A DNA stretch of 64,000 nucleotides from Folioceros fuciformis (lineage: Eukaryota). The DNA lies in NCBI GenBank assembly GCA_049999805.1, contig JBNGIO010006370.1, forward strand, positions 435,212 through 499,211. Direction: 5' to 3'. How positions within the stretch are numbered: the first letter of the stretch is position 1; the number at the start of each line of letters is the position of its first letter. The notes beneath the pieces were generated by a model that was given only the letters and a program-made list of their open reading frames with translations, did not search any database and was not told the DNA's origin. This document shows, in pieces, positions 11,001-29,200 of this stretch. The position numbers were made by a program, and so were the translations under genes.

Positions 11001-14000
11001 CATTCCCAGCTGCTATGGCAAATACTGTGTCATCTTCCCTCCTCTTTTTCTCACTGGTCTCTTTGATCTCGGCTAACATGCCTGGCAGTTTCAAGACGTC
11101 AGTCTCAAGGAATCCACGGCAAATCCCGAAATCATCAAGTCACTTTCTGGAACATAGGATAAATGAAGTCGGAAACCAAATTACCTTTCGTACTCAGATT
11201 CTTTTTGTCTTGCTGCTTGAAATAGAAGCTGCGATGGTCCAAAGACTTGTGGTAATTTTTGGCATACACTTCTGCCCAAACTTTGTTCATCTCAATGCGA
11301 GATTTCACCCATTCGTCTCGCTTCTCCTTGAGTCGACTGAGCACCACAGGCAATGACGTTGTAGAACTTTTCTTGAGAGAGTCAATGATGTCAAGGCCAT
11401 GATCGCCATACAGCCGCTCAATGCATCGCAAATTAATGGCTGCAAACCAACGTATCCCATGCCAATGAGAATCCTGTACGGTACCTGAGAAACTATGTCT
11501 GGTGTGCACCACGTCCGCAACAGGTTAGTATGCAATCATTCACAATACCTGACAAGTCTTCAAGTTGGAAGGATCCTTCCTCGTGAGCCCCTCCATCGTG
11601 AGCTCTCTGCATTAACTCTTCTATCCGATTTGCAGTAACTATTGTAGATTCCAGTAGCATGTCAAGCTCAAACCTGAACGCCACAACTACCATGAGGCAA
11701 CTATACAGCATAGCTCGCACCCAATGGACAAGCATGAAGTGGACATCCCCACACATACCTATCATCCTCACAGCGGAAAAGGCTCTCTTCATACTGGTTT
11801 TTACGCATGTGCTTGAAGGAGTAATCTTCACTCCCAGACGTGACAGAGACCCAGCTGTCATTCAAAACTGAATCTCCCAATTTTGTCCGATGACTTGTTC
11901 GGGGCTTTGGATACTGATTACAAAAATGCCATGTTAAGAACGAACATAGACAGTAATATCATACCTGAAGTGAGTGACAGGGGGATCCTTACACTCTTGG
12001 GCAGCAAACGATAACTTGGTGTGCAGCGATCACAGTTGGAAAGGTCAAGCTCAGATATTGGTTTGTTGAGGTACTTCTCTTTGCCAGACGACACAGTGCC
12101 TTTATGATTTTGTACCTCCTTCGATGCATGAAATGCAGGTCTGTCTCGGTCGCGATCCTTATCTCTCTCCCGTTCCCATTCTCGATCCTCCTTTTCTTTC
12201 TCACGAACTTTTTCTCGTTCCTTCTCCTTCTCCCGTTCTTTTTCCCTCTCTCTCTCTTTTTCTCTTTCTTTCTCCTTCTCCCTCTCCTTCTCCCTCTCTT
12301 TCTCCCGTTCACGCTTTTCCCGTTCTCGCTCACTCTCTTTCTCCTTCTCCCTCTTCTCCCTCTCCCTCTCTTTTTCCCGTTCCCTTTCCCGATCTTGCCT
12401 GTCCCTGTCTCTGTCTCGATCTCTTTCCCTGTCTCGATCCCTATCCTTGCTGTCCCGATCCCTGTCCCTGTCCCGATCCCTGTCTCTTTCCCGGTCCTTC
12501 ATATCCCTGTCCCTGTCCCTGTCCCGTTCACGATCCCTATCGCGATCCCTCTCTCGATCTCGATCTCTCTCCCAGTCCCTCAGTTCCCTTTCCCTATCAC
12601 GGTGACTATCCCTCTCGCGATGACCCTCCCTGTCCCGATCTCTGTCCGGTTTGTTCTTCAGAGGAACTCCTTCGGCACTTTCCAGCTCTGTGCAAGGAAA
12701 ACAATCCTTATAAGCAACTGCATTTGTAACTATCTTCACTATGATATCACCCACCCAAAATATGGCTTTTGAAAAGACGTTTCCAAACCATCACTTACTT
12801 CTGGAGACACCAGCCAGGTATCCTTCTGCAACACAAACATTTCTATGAGAAAAGTTACCATAAGCAACCACCATCTTGCCCAAAAACTTGATGACATAAT
12901 ACAAGAACAGGGGGCAGACAAGAGGTTCTAGTACCACCATTGCGGTCACAGCAAGAGAGGAAATCATTGAAGCCCTCGATCAGGTCTGAGTGCTTCCCCA
13001 ATATGTCTCCAACCTGCATAGAATGGTGAGGGCTTTAGAGTTCTATGCAGTCCCGAAGAGTCTCTGAGTGTTCCTTTTCTGACGTGTTTGCAATAATAAA
13101 ACCTACCCTAGACCCTATGCAAATACGTTTACAGTACAAAGGTTTACATATGGAGGAAAAACCTACCAAGCACAGCAGCTCCTGGCGGCTGATTATCTCT
13201 TGACTGAAAATATGCAAACACTTCAAGAATTCTTGGTACGTATCACGATTACGCAGCCTTGCCTTTACCCTGTCAAAGAAGGCGAGCTCCTTTTGATTAC
13301 TTGTACCTGCATGTGAAATCACTAAACCCTGTAAGATCTACTTTCCAAGAATGCAAAAGTTGGTATCAGCAGAAAAGGCGGGCAGGACAAATGCGAGCAC
13401 CGTTGATACAAAAATAATTGCATTTTAGCACTTCTTACTCTTAGATGCCGGCTTCTCATCTGCTGCACTTGACGGGCCAGGGGGGGATGGGAAGTTCTCA
13501 ACAGCGTCTCCAGCTTGAGACTGCTTGCGAATCAGTTCATCAGCCCTCCGAGCTGACTTCCGCTTATTGGGGAACCGCTGCATTTCCGAATCTCTCTGTT
13601 TATCCCGCTCGGCATCCTTCTCATCCCTATCCCTGTCCTTACGGTCATCTTTTCTCTCTCTTTCCTTATCAGTTCTTTTCCTTTGATCCTTGTCAGCACG
13701 TCCGCCAACTCGCTCAACATCTTTAACTTCCACCTTGTCAGGCCCTCGTTCTCGATCACCACTGGCAGCAGAGACCTTCTCCCTCTAAAGGAAAGACGGG
13801 TTATTAGGAGATAGAGAAGGAGAAATGGGTCAGACAGCATAGATTCGTAATCTCCCGAACCAAGAAAACTCTACAAGGAAACTAAGAGAGACATGGCACC
13901 AATAAACCACCCTAAGGAAACTTTCATGTAAAAACTTTCATGCTACCACATGCGAAAGCGAAATAATTATCAACATTCAACAAGAAGCCATTCCGAAAGA

Positions 14001-15241
14001 TTATCTGGTGCATATGACCCAATCAGGCAGACATAAGTCACACCAAAAACGAACAAGCATATTGCACAACATAAAGCTGGCCACGCCCTAATAACAAGCA
14101 CAAACCTTTATAGGCTTCTCAATCTGTCGGTGGCGGACAGCAGGGCCAGCAGCCTTTTCCTCCCGGCGTGCAGCGTGAGACACAGTTGATTTAGATGCAG
14201 AAGGAGGGAGTGGAGCAGCATAAGCGGGAGGTCCATTGGAGTCAGGGAGGAAGTAGGTGAACTCTTCTAGAAGATCAGAATGCTCGTTGAACAGTTGTGC
14301 GACCTGTTCACGAGTGGCAGTGTCCCAGTAAGCCAAGTCACAGCCTCCAAATATATCCGGTACATGCATTCAGTACAGAGTAAAGATAACCAACCTCTTG
14401 GTAGACCTCACCGATCGTTCTGTTTCCTTTGCGATACATGTTGAGTATCTCCAGGAAAGCTTTATAGACCTGCTCATCATTCTGGAAACGTGTCTGAGAA
14501 AAGACATAGAAAGAGCTTAGTCCATCATTGTCCCTATGTGCAGGTCCAACACATAGCCACGCATTCCATACATGCCAGACTGGTTTCAACGACCAAAAAA
14601 AAAAAAAACAGAAATAAAAACAGAACAAAGGAAAACCAAACTGACAACACTTTAAATCCCTCCACTCCGGCAAACCTAATGGCTGAAACACCTGAATTTT
14701 CCTCATGTAATTGAGGGCGTGGGATTCCACCTTGATTTTGTTCACGTAATTGATAGCCTGATCGAATTCCACTTTCTTAGGTGGTGGATCGTCCTCCAGA
14801 AGGGTGATCTCGTATCCCTTAGGGAGGAACGTATTGAAACCCAGAATGAGGGCCTTATGCCCTCTGAAGAGATCCTTAACCCTGGCTATAACGCCAGCGG
14901 TATCGATCCTGCCACAACCACGAAATCATCAGCCCAAGTTCATCAAACAGAAGCATTCCCCCTTTGCTCCTCATTTCCTCCCGCTCGCAGCTGGACGCGC
15001 CAAACAAATACTACCCACAGACACGATCCTCAAACAAGCAATCCCCAAGGAGGAAATGAGTGACAGACACGACGAACCTCTGAGCTTTGAAATCCTTCAT
15101 CACTTCAAGGAAGTCATCGTACTTGTCCTTGTCCTCTTTGAACATATCTTTTACATCCTTGAGGTACGACAATGCATCATCATGTGTAAGCTTCTGCGCG
15201 GCAGCTGGCACCGCTGCATCTGGTCGATCGCCGTCGTCCAT
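8035..15241 (-). CDS. SIN3: SIN3-like paired amphipathic helix co-repressor (SNL), multi-exon
   Basis: PAH1 ([13 protein letters not shown]...[12 protein letters not shown]), PAH2 ([16 protein letters not shown]), PAH3 ([10 protein letters not shown]), HDAC-interacting domain ([34 protein letters not shown]) and Sin3 C-terminus (YVLDTEDLF). Terminal exon inferred as [10 protein letters not shown]. Confidence 0.93.
12140..12645 (-). repeat. Coding low-complexity (RD)n/(RE/KE)n tract within SIN3
   Basis: About 160 codons of DRDRDR..., EREKEKER... in ORF 11918-12754. Confidence 0.9.
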
Positions 15242-15500
15242 TTGCAGCTTCAGAGGCAGCGAGAGGTTGCGCACCACGACGGGCGCGGCATGTAGCCCAC
15301 GCTGGTCGCCTTTTCCCCTTTGATCTAAACGCCCTTTATATATAGGCAAGTGGATGACATACCTCTGCTATAGGAACCAGGCACTGATCTCCGCACAATC
15401 GATATTAAATGGTCTAACTTGCCATTTTAGGGTTGTCATACAAATAAGGTAATTTTCCATCTCTGTCTCAACTCGAGTCGAGTCGAGCCTGCAGTCTTTC

Positions 15501-17859
<2,359 letters not shown>

Positions 17860-18242
17860 ACCTTCTCCCTCATGTCTACGTGCCTCGAAGTTTCTCAGTC
17901 TCAAGCCACAGCACTCTGGTCGCCAGCAACATCAGGTGACGTGTGAGTGGTACCACGACACTTCACGAGGTAAATCTCGCTCTCAGTCTGCCGTCTATGC
18001 GCAATAGCACTAACAGCATGTGTCATCTAAGCGCCCCCTACTCTCCCGAGGGTGCATTTGCATAAGCTGTTTTAAAGCTGGAGTAACAGCTGCGACTGTC
18101 TCCGGTTGTACACACAAGTTTTGGAATGGTAACTCTTCAGTTTCTGGAAATTTCGAAGATGTGTAGCTTGGGTGATGTTTGTTCCGTGGTTTGCTTCTTA
18201 GATCATGGTAAGCTCTCCCATCATAGTTGTGGTTTGGTGTGA

Positions 18243-18559
18243 CTCAAGGGTTCTTCAATACGGAGTTCCAAGGGGCGACATATTCATGAAACGAGAAACG
18301 AGGACTCACGTTCCTCTCCTAGCAAACTAGAGCTTACCATGATGAAGAAGCAAAGTGGGGAATGAACATGGTCCAAGCCCAATACCTCGAAGATTATTTG
18401 TATCCAACCTTAATCTTTACTTGTATAAAACTTCTATCCTCTTAATGTTTAGCAGAGGAACCTGACGTGTCCTGTGAGTCGTCGTTTTCGGAAATGACAC
18501 GCAGATCTTAGAGTCCCTTGGTCCGTTCCCTTGGAACTCCTTATTGAAGCACCCTTGAG
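18243..18559. mobile_element. MITE-like element (317 bp) with 32-bp terminal inverted repeats
   Basis: 18243-18274 CTCAAGGGTTCTTCAATACGGAGTTCCAAGGG matches the reverse complement of 18528-18559 (CTCAAGGGTGCTTCAATAAGGAGTTCCAAGGG) at 30/32; non-coding interior. Confidence 0.75.
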
Positions 18560-19129
18560 GCACCCACAGCCACATTCCTAACGTAAAAAGCCCTATGGTA
18601 AGAGACCATAATTGTAAGTTAAATTGTGTAAGAAATTTTTATTTCTTATTGCTTTGGGCCTAATGACTGCATAGGTGAAATTGTTTAGTTTTTCCAGTTT
18701 CCGTCCTACTACAACGGTAGAGGCAGGATTCACCATGTCGAATAGCGCTACGTTTAGTCGAGCCCTACTCACATTGCGTTAGGCCTCCGTCCGTCCGCAG
18801 CCCGCGTATAGCGGGCACCGCACGGAGCTGGAGCGCACAGTGCGCTGGGCTCCCTAAAAATGGGAGATTCGTTATATATAGGAATGGTGTTTAGAATTTC
18901 AGTTCGTTATATATAGGAATGGTGTTTAGAATTTCCCTTAGGAAGGACCCGTTATTCCATTCCAGGCAAACTCGAAGTAGCCTGGGTTTGCTCTTCTCTT
19001 CCTCCACTCTTGAACCCCATCTGGCTTCTCATTCTGGGACCTCCCAGCGCTAGGCACTTGGAAGGTCTTGTGGCTTCTCATTCTGGGACCTCCCAGCGCT
19101 GAGCACTTGGAAGGTCTTGAGAGATGAGA

Positions 19130-19963
19130 TAAGAATTGGCGTAGAGAATACCGAATGGCATATCCAACTTTCATGGTTCTCATTCAACAACTGCATCATT
19201 TCCTGATATGAACCTATACCATGTAATAAAGCTATTGCTCTAGTGTTGGCAAGGGTCTACCTTCTTTTGGCAGGGGTCTACCTTCCTTCACCGTTACTTC
19301 GAAATATGGTGTTGGTGATGCCACAGTTGTGGAGTATACTAAGCTCATTGTTTCCATCTTAAGTGACCCTGCCAAGCTATATTCTTCATTTATCACCATT
19401 CCATTAGTTCGTCGCCAGGGTGACATATCAACAGCATTTGAGCAGCGGACCCTATTGCCTAATATTGTTGGTGCTATAGATGGATCCCTTATCAAGTTTG
19501 CCACCAAACTAGCTGAGCAGTATACTCCAGCAGCTTATCACTGCAAACGATACAATATGTGGAGGGAATTCTAGTACCTCCTTACATCATTGGTGACTCT
19601 AGGTATCCTCTAAGGCCTTTTCTTATGAAAGGCTTCAAACTGCCTATGAATACAGAGCAAAGAGCATTCAACTCTTCCTTTTCTTCAAGGCGAGTTGTCA
19701 TTAAGAATGCTTTCTCCTTATTAAAGAACAGGTGGAGAATATTGAAGAACCTTAACATCCACGTGAAATATGCTGCGAAGACAATGACTGCTTGGTGTGT
19801 TTTGCACAACTTTTGCATTGTGGCTGATGAGTTAGAACCTTCGAAACCAGGGGTGGACGAGTATCCTCTACCACATGATATTCCTGTTATCTTGACAAGT
19901 GCGGAGGAAGAGGCTATGAAGAGTATTACACAGGTTCAACACAATGCCTTTGTCAAGCATTAG
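19130..19963 (+). pseudogene. PIF/Harbinger (HARBI1-like, DDE_Tnp_4) transposase remnant
   Basis: WRREYRMAYPTF, KAIALVL, YGVGDATV, IVGAIDG, YIIGDSRYPL, FNSSFSSRRVVIKNAFSLLKNRWRIL, CVLHNF. Stops and frameshifts, internal deletion between GAIDG and GDSxYP, and K at the expected catalytic E. Confidence 0.88.
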
Positions 19964-20485
19964 CGTAGACAAAGACAAGAACAATAGTGTTGCATTTATG
20001 TGCTTGAGTGATGTACTTTGTTGCACAAATAAGTGAATAAGGTAGCAAGTGCGTTTGTTGTTTTTGAAAGAAGTCTCTTATTAAAATCCAAAAGTGAGAA
20101 TACAAGCTTGTAGAGGTAAACAAGCTGATTCTAATGGTATATAATTCGTATCAAGATTAACCGTACACTAGGACTGAATGGCACTTGAAGTTTTGCTCAA
20201 AACTTTAAAAATTATCTAAAAGTTTGCTATTTTGGAGCTGTTTCATACGTCATCAATGATCCGAATCAAAAACTGACACCAGAAGCTTATAGTGAGAGGA
20301 TTCTAATGGTATATAGCTTGTTTCAAGATTAACCGTATACTGGGACTAAATAGCACTTGAAGTTTTGCTCAAAATATTTGCTCAAGTGTTGGAAACCCTT
20401 GATGTATCACTCCTCCTCCTGCCTTGGGCGCTTGGATGCTTGTACCAAGAGCTTGGCCATCTCTATTTGCGTGACATGTTGGAGT

Positions 20486-21121
20486 TCAACAACCTTCATG
20501 CTTTGCTTTAGGCCTTGTTTTCTCTGTGTTTTGAAAGCTCTCCAACCTTCCTCTCTCCATACTTTGGAGGTTCTCTTGTTTCACAGCTTCAACTTTTGCC
20601 CACACCTCTGCAAAGCTGTTGATTGATTCAGCTATCTTGTCTATCCCAACACCTGAGAGCTTTCTTTTGGCTTGCTTGGAGACCTTCTTCGCTGTAACAT
20701 CTTTAAGCTTTGTCATTTGAGTGAAAGGTGAATCACAAGAGTGATTGCTCTTGGATGTAGACGGAGGAGTAGGGCCCCTAGCAAGAGTTGTAGGGGGTGG
20801 GGATGTAGAACGAGGAGAAGAAGCAAGAGGGGAGCTTGCTGGTGGGTTGTGAGTGTGTGATGACTCACACACACCTTCAGACATCCTAGATGCCACACCT
20901 TCACAAACATGCGTTTCAATTAAATCTGCAAAGCCTGGGTCATGCGAGTTAGGCATTCCTACCACCTTTGGATTGTCTGACATGAAGGAATATAGAGCTT
21001 CCCAAAAAGCCCGCTCAAAAGCATACACTCTTGTGCCAAGCTTTTTGGTCTCTTGCTTATATTGCTTCTTGAGGGAGTCCATTTTGTTGCGACATTGTAG
21101 ACCTGTTGGCACCAATCCCAT
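20486..21121 (-). pseudogene. Harbinger Myb/SANT-like (trihelix) DNA-binding protein remnant
   Basis: TGLQCRNKMDSLKKQYK...FWEALYSFM, then a Ser/Pro-rich linker and a coiled-coil end; convergent with the transposase. Confidence 0.75.
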
Positions 21122-21911
21122 GCAAGAGGACGAAATCCTGAGTGCAATAGCGTCCTAGTGGTGGAAGGCAAGGTTCCCTTTGTGAAGATGGTTGACATAC
21201 ACCTCCTCGTACGCCAAGATGAGAGCATGAGTGCTGTCTCCTATCTATGCAACCACATTCTAGCCTATCTATGCAACCACATTCTAGCGCTAAAACTTGG
21301 AGCCCAACGCTTGGGGTAAGTGGTCGTTGTTGGCAGCCCAACGCTTGGGGTAAGTGGTAGTTGTGTTGCCAACATGCTGTATTGGGACAACGGATCCATG
21401 GGGAGCAGATTGCGCAACTTCACGAACAATGTCTAGCACAAACAGCGAAGAGCAAAGGAACTCTTTCCCAAGAAGATGAGCCGGTGGTCACATGCACCCG
21501 AGATATATCTCGGATGTTTAAAAATATATATATATCAACTGTTACGAAAAAGTCACCGTGACATATGTAGAGCTCCATCCATTAAAAGTACGGTTGCTCC
21601 TACTTTTATGAGAAGGAGCTCCTTTTTTTTTTTAAGATGATTCCATGAACTAGGCGTAAGTAGCCCTTAAGGACGGACGAAAGTGTTCCAATATTCAATG
21701 TAAGTAGCCCTTGAGGGAAGGCTGCGTCGTTGTATCCCCTCTTTCTGGGAAGGCTGCCTTGTTGTATCCCCTCTTTCTAGCTAACTTGTTGAAGAGTACA
21801 ATACACTACTCCTCTCGATCATCGCATACAATGCATTATAGGGTTGGTGATAACGCAAACCTCTTCTCCATCCCAGCTGAATCCAGAATCGACCCGTTTC
21901 CCTGATCGACC

Positions 21912-24306
<2,395 letters not shown>

Positions 24307-24570
24307 TAAAGCTTGTTTTCGTTGTCTGCTATCCATCCCTGCGCAAAAGCACTAACAGCCTGTATGTGTCACCTAAGAACTCCGTCCTCTCCCGAGGACG
24401 CGTTTGTGTAAGCTGTTACTAAGTCGGAGCAACAGCTGCTGCTGTCTTTGTACAAAAGTTTGGTAATGGTAACTCGTCAAGTTACCAAAACCTTAGCCTC
24501 GAGGCCTGTGTTCAGCCTTGCCCGTGTTTGTTTCTTGGGATCGTACGTAGTGAGCTGAGCGAAGCTTCAT

Positions 24571-25461
24571 TTATACATGGATGATGCCCGCATCGAGGGC
24601 AAGATCACAAGCCTGGCAGGGTACTTGGCGCAGTCCCTTACAAGCTTTGCAAACCAAGGCGAAGTCGTCGGCAGGACCCGGTTGCGTCATCTCGCTCTTC
24701 TGCAACCATCCCATGCTCCACCTCTCCCTGTCCTGTAGGAAGCAACAAGGCAGGGTCGGTTGTGACCATGGCGGGCTTGTCACTGCCAGATGCACAACTC
24801 GGCAATCCAGCTACATACCTTCAAGTTCCTAGAGTTCACCCAGAATCGAGAGTTCTGGTCGCAGGTTGCAACCATCTCCAGAAACCAGCCCTGTCCCTCG
24901 GTCCTGCGCTTGGAGGCCACCAGGAAGTGGCGCCACCCGAAGGTCCTCTCCATGGCTGTCCACTTGGACCCCACGATCCTCTCAATGGCCACAGGGTTGG
25001 AGGCGTGGTACCCGCCCTTGGCAAGCCTGCCCTGCCCCTTGCACGCCCGGCAAGCCACCTGACGCAACCCTGGATTCACACCACGCCCGAGGTGGAGTCA
25101 CATCGTTCAGTCAGGCTCGTTCACCAAGGGCTTATGGAAGCTCGCAGTCAAGCGTCAGGTGCAGAAGTCGCTTCCAACCTCTGCACTTGAGGCACCTGGC
25201 CTTGGGGTACATGTCATCCAGCCTTTTCACGAACTGGGAGCCAGACGCAGGGCCTTCTCCTTCTCCCATTCCCATTCCCACTCCTTCTCCATCCCCCTTC
25301 GCTGCTGCCAGTGCTCTGCAATCCGGTCTCATCGTCGCAGTGGAGCGTGAGATTTGAAGCACACATCCTGCTCCTGGGACACACACGCGCCTCAGCCTGG
25401 TGTAGGAATCCCATTCCAGGGACCGTCCAATACCGATTCCGGAACATCTCGACAGGGCCAT
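24571..25461 (-). CDS. Probably plastid-targeted DnaJ-type zinc-finger protein with a Trp-rich TIGR02450/DUF2389-like domain, 3 exons
   Basis: Exons 25461-25179, 25069-24819 and 24732-24571 splice in frame. CLKCRG and CRACKGQG, then GSKWTAMERTFGWRHFLV...FWVNSRNLKDRERWSMGW, then CKACKG and CQAC. Confidence 0.8.
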
Positions 25462-26292
25462 CACATCCCCCCGCCCAAATCGCTCGTCAGTCCTTTCACA
25501 AAGACCCTGTGGGCCGCCCGTCTTTCAGTTTGTTCAGTTAGGTCCCTGTTACAGGACCAATCACACCTCGAGTTTAAGACACCTAACATGAATTATGAGT
25601 TATGGCGGGTTCGAAATGGCCATGTCTCTACATCGAGTTCGCAAACCGAGAGAACAACCATTTCCGGATATGGTACCACACTATTTCTTGTATAGTGCAC
25701 ATACTCTACTTAACAACGTAGCAGTATGTGGTCTATGCAGAAAAACAACACGCTTCTCAGGGAAAGGACTAAGGAAATTTTTTACACACGACGACCTTCC
25801 TCTACCAAACCTAAACTCGCAACCTCTCTTTACATCACTCACGACCTATCCCTGAAATTATCTCTCAATGAAGAAAACCATAACGGCCAGCACCTGCATC
25901 ACAGAATGTGCACATCCGATCAGTGTTGGTCCAACAAGAGGACTCGGAGCCCTTTTCACAAAGCGGACGCCCCCAAAGACGGGACACCTACTGGGGAAAC
26001 AGTAAGTGCCACTTCGTTCCTTGAGATTGGCGCCCTCACGTTCACACCAAAGGCCTCCCCCTACGATAAAACAATCCTCAATGAGAAACTTGAACCAATG
26101 CGGCCTCATCAAACTGCAAATCTTCTGCACTTGGAATGGAATCCACACTAGACAGTACAAGCTCAAACCGGATTCGATACTTACAACAGCTGAAATAAGT
26201 ACATATGTTGCAGCCCATCTCAAGGGAACCAAGAACTGTGCTTGACATCCGGTAAGGGGGACGTCATGCATGGTCTTGGTACGCATAGAATA

Positions 26293-29200
26293 CTACATCA
26301 TTAGCTGCTGCAGCTGGCTAAGAATAGAAGGAGGGAGCCGAGCCATAGCAGCATTGAATGCAGCTTCACCATGCAAAGCTGCACAAGTGTTCAGTTTCTC
26401 CTTCAGCATAGGGGCCAAAGGTAAGCTTTTGACTGGATCTGTGTTGAACGCCTGCAGCCACAAAGGCAAGGCCACTGAGAAAAAGGCCATCACGAAAGCC
26501 CAAAGCCCTAGGATTTCTCGTGTCAGAAAAGAACCTGACTCTTCCTAGGATCTCCACTTTCTGCACTTCCAGATGTACTGTCACTGTCCTCGCTGTCACA
26601 ACAATGGGCAGTCACGTCAGGTCACATGCGGACTGCGGGCGGTAAATGCACAGGCATGAGCACCTAACGGTTCTTGGCCCACCTTGCAATAACCCCGTTC
26701 TGTTCTCTCTCGGTGTCACACAAGACACTTGTACAGACACTGCACAAGGCAACAAGCATAAAAAGCCAGTAATTATAATTTTCAGTCAAAGAGTAATCAA
26801 ACAGTAGCAACTTCGCACCTCAAAATTTGGTCGAGTCTATCCAAAATTTGCGGCTCCCTGAGTGTCAAAAGAATGCACAGAGCCAGAGCGCACACCTTCC
26901 TCTTGTCATTCGTTGTCAGCGAGTCAACCTTCACATGGACAAGGTAGACGAATGTGTTACCCTGGACGAGCCTGCTGAGAATAGACTCCATAACCCAGTT
27001 TGTCACAGAATCACTTACAAAAGAGGAGTATACAACCATAAGTGGTGATAGAAGTGGAAACAAGATTACCTTGTCCAGCCAGGCATCAATGAATGAGAAG
27101 AGTGTACTTTGACCAACTACAACCCCTGTCTGTTTCAGAGCAAGGGCGAGGGATGGTTTCGAGGTGAGTTGTGCAAAGAACAAGCTATTTTGCACAAGGA
27201 GTCTTCCCAGAACTGCTCCGGATAATGCCCTCACAGCGTCACTCTCGCTTTCACCAGTGATCACCAAGATTAAAAGCTTCTGCGATGCAGTAATTCAAGA
27301 AACAACTTTAGGTGCTGAACGCTGTTGACATAGCAGCGAGGCAGCTGAGCCACAGAAAGGCCAGATGTCAGTTACCTGGAGAACACCTTCCAGAAGGGGC
27401 GGAGCTTCGGCTGGAAACCACTGTACCACCCAACATTCCGCGTGAGCAACAGGTAACCGGATAATTCAAAAAATGCTATTCGACAAGGATGGATGGGTTC
27501 CAATTGCACCATCATGTGCATGCGCACCTGAATCAGAGTGTCAACGACGGGCAAGGTGCACATCATCCCCTTCTCTTTCACATTTCCAATAACAAGATCA
27601 AGGATCTTGACAACACCAGCTGCATGCTCTCGAAGGAAATCGGCCCCACCAAGGAGGATATAATTCGTAGTTATCTTCATAGCAACCTGAGCGCATGAAC
27701 TGAACATGAAGCCTTACCAATAACCAGCAAAAAATGCCATACCAACTTGCAAAGAGCAACCCCATTACTACCCGTTATAACAGAAAAACTGCATACCTCT
27801 ATATGGTCGAAGCTCTTCTCCATGGCCAAGACCAAGTGTGGATAGATATTGAGAAGCCGAGGCACCATAGTTGGAGCATGCTTTAGAGTGGTTTGCCACA
27901 GCTGCATTTGGTGGTAAGAGAGTGCAGTTACGAGCTTAATACTTCAGGTGACAACACAAGGCTGGCACAAAACAATTAGCACAACATATCATTACCTGTA
28001 AACCATCTTCCAGCATTGTCAGTTCGTCCGGTTGGTTGACATCGGTGCAAATTTCTAAGATCGGAAAGAGCAGCTCATAGCACATGGGCGAATTCGGACC
28101 AAGCGAGCTAAGGAGCCTTTGAAGACCTAAAATTGCTTGAATTCGCATCAAACTCTGTCCAGCTGAGTCTTGCCAAACCTGATGTTCATTGTCATCATTC
28201 AACAAATGAGTCCCTTAGCAACAATAGGCTGCACTCAATCCTAGCCCCTCCAAAGTATGAACACACAGGTAAGATGCTTATGCCTCCAAAACCTTTTCAA
28301 CTCTGCAGGCTGAAGCGTAGTCTCAACACTATGAGCATGCTGCTAAAGCCATAGACAGGTGACCATGCAGCAGGCCAGTGTCAGCACCAGACCTCACCTG
28401 GGGTAAAAATGCTAGAACTTTGTCCACGCAGCATATAACTTTCTCACCAAGGCGGTCAACTATCACTGATACAAGCTCAAAAATTTGAAGCTGTGAACAA
28501 AGCCAAAGAAATAATCATGATCGACAGAGCATAGTGAAAGAACATAACTAGAGTCAAACATCACAACTTAATTACCTTGGATTCAAACTCCTGGCATGCT
28601 TTCATCAGGTTGATAGAAAGTTGCAGACAATTTGGCACAAATTCGACAAAGTCGTCTTCATAGAATGAGCAATCATCTACTAAGTTTCTTAATGAATGAC
28701 AGGCAGCAAGCTGTGGCACAAAAAATCCATTAAGTTAAACATGTGGTAGCTGTCGCAGGTGCTGGCCCTACAGATGAGATTGGAATATTGAGGGCCTTAC
28801 TTGGACTGCCAAATCATTGTCTCCCAGAAGTCCTAACAGGGATGCATACACAGAGCGCCTCAACCCTTCCTTGATCTGTCGCAGTCTCATTTAGTTAGCT
28901 TCAACACACACTATGGCCTACAAGCTGCAACTTTTCATGACAACAATATATGCAACACAAGATGTTTCACAATCAATATACATTGCCAGATTCGTCAGTT
29001 CTCAGGGGACAACAGGTCCCTTCAGATGTCAGGCACCAGCTGGCAGACATAACCGCCCAAACTGCATAGGGTGACAAGTATTCCACAGTGTTACTTCTTG
29101 GAGGAAGTAAAGCTGCCATAACTTGTGCGTGGAAAGTACCTTGCTCACCCACTGGCCCAAAAGAATTGCCACCCTCCTCCGTAAAATACGATTATTTGGA

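Larger units (their letters stand above)
18779..21685. mobile_element. Decayed PIF/Harbinger DNA transposon (convergent transposase and Myb/SANT ORFs)
   Basis: Two-gene Harbinger layout. Possible eroded TIR cores CGTCCGTCC (18788) and GGACGGACG (21671), with TTA at the left end. Boundaries approximate. Confidence 0.75.

Noticed and set aside
12104-12772. Pro/Phe/Leu-rich plus-strand ORFs
   Set aside because: Antisense shadows of the SIN3 RD/RE tract.
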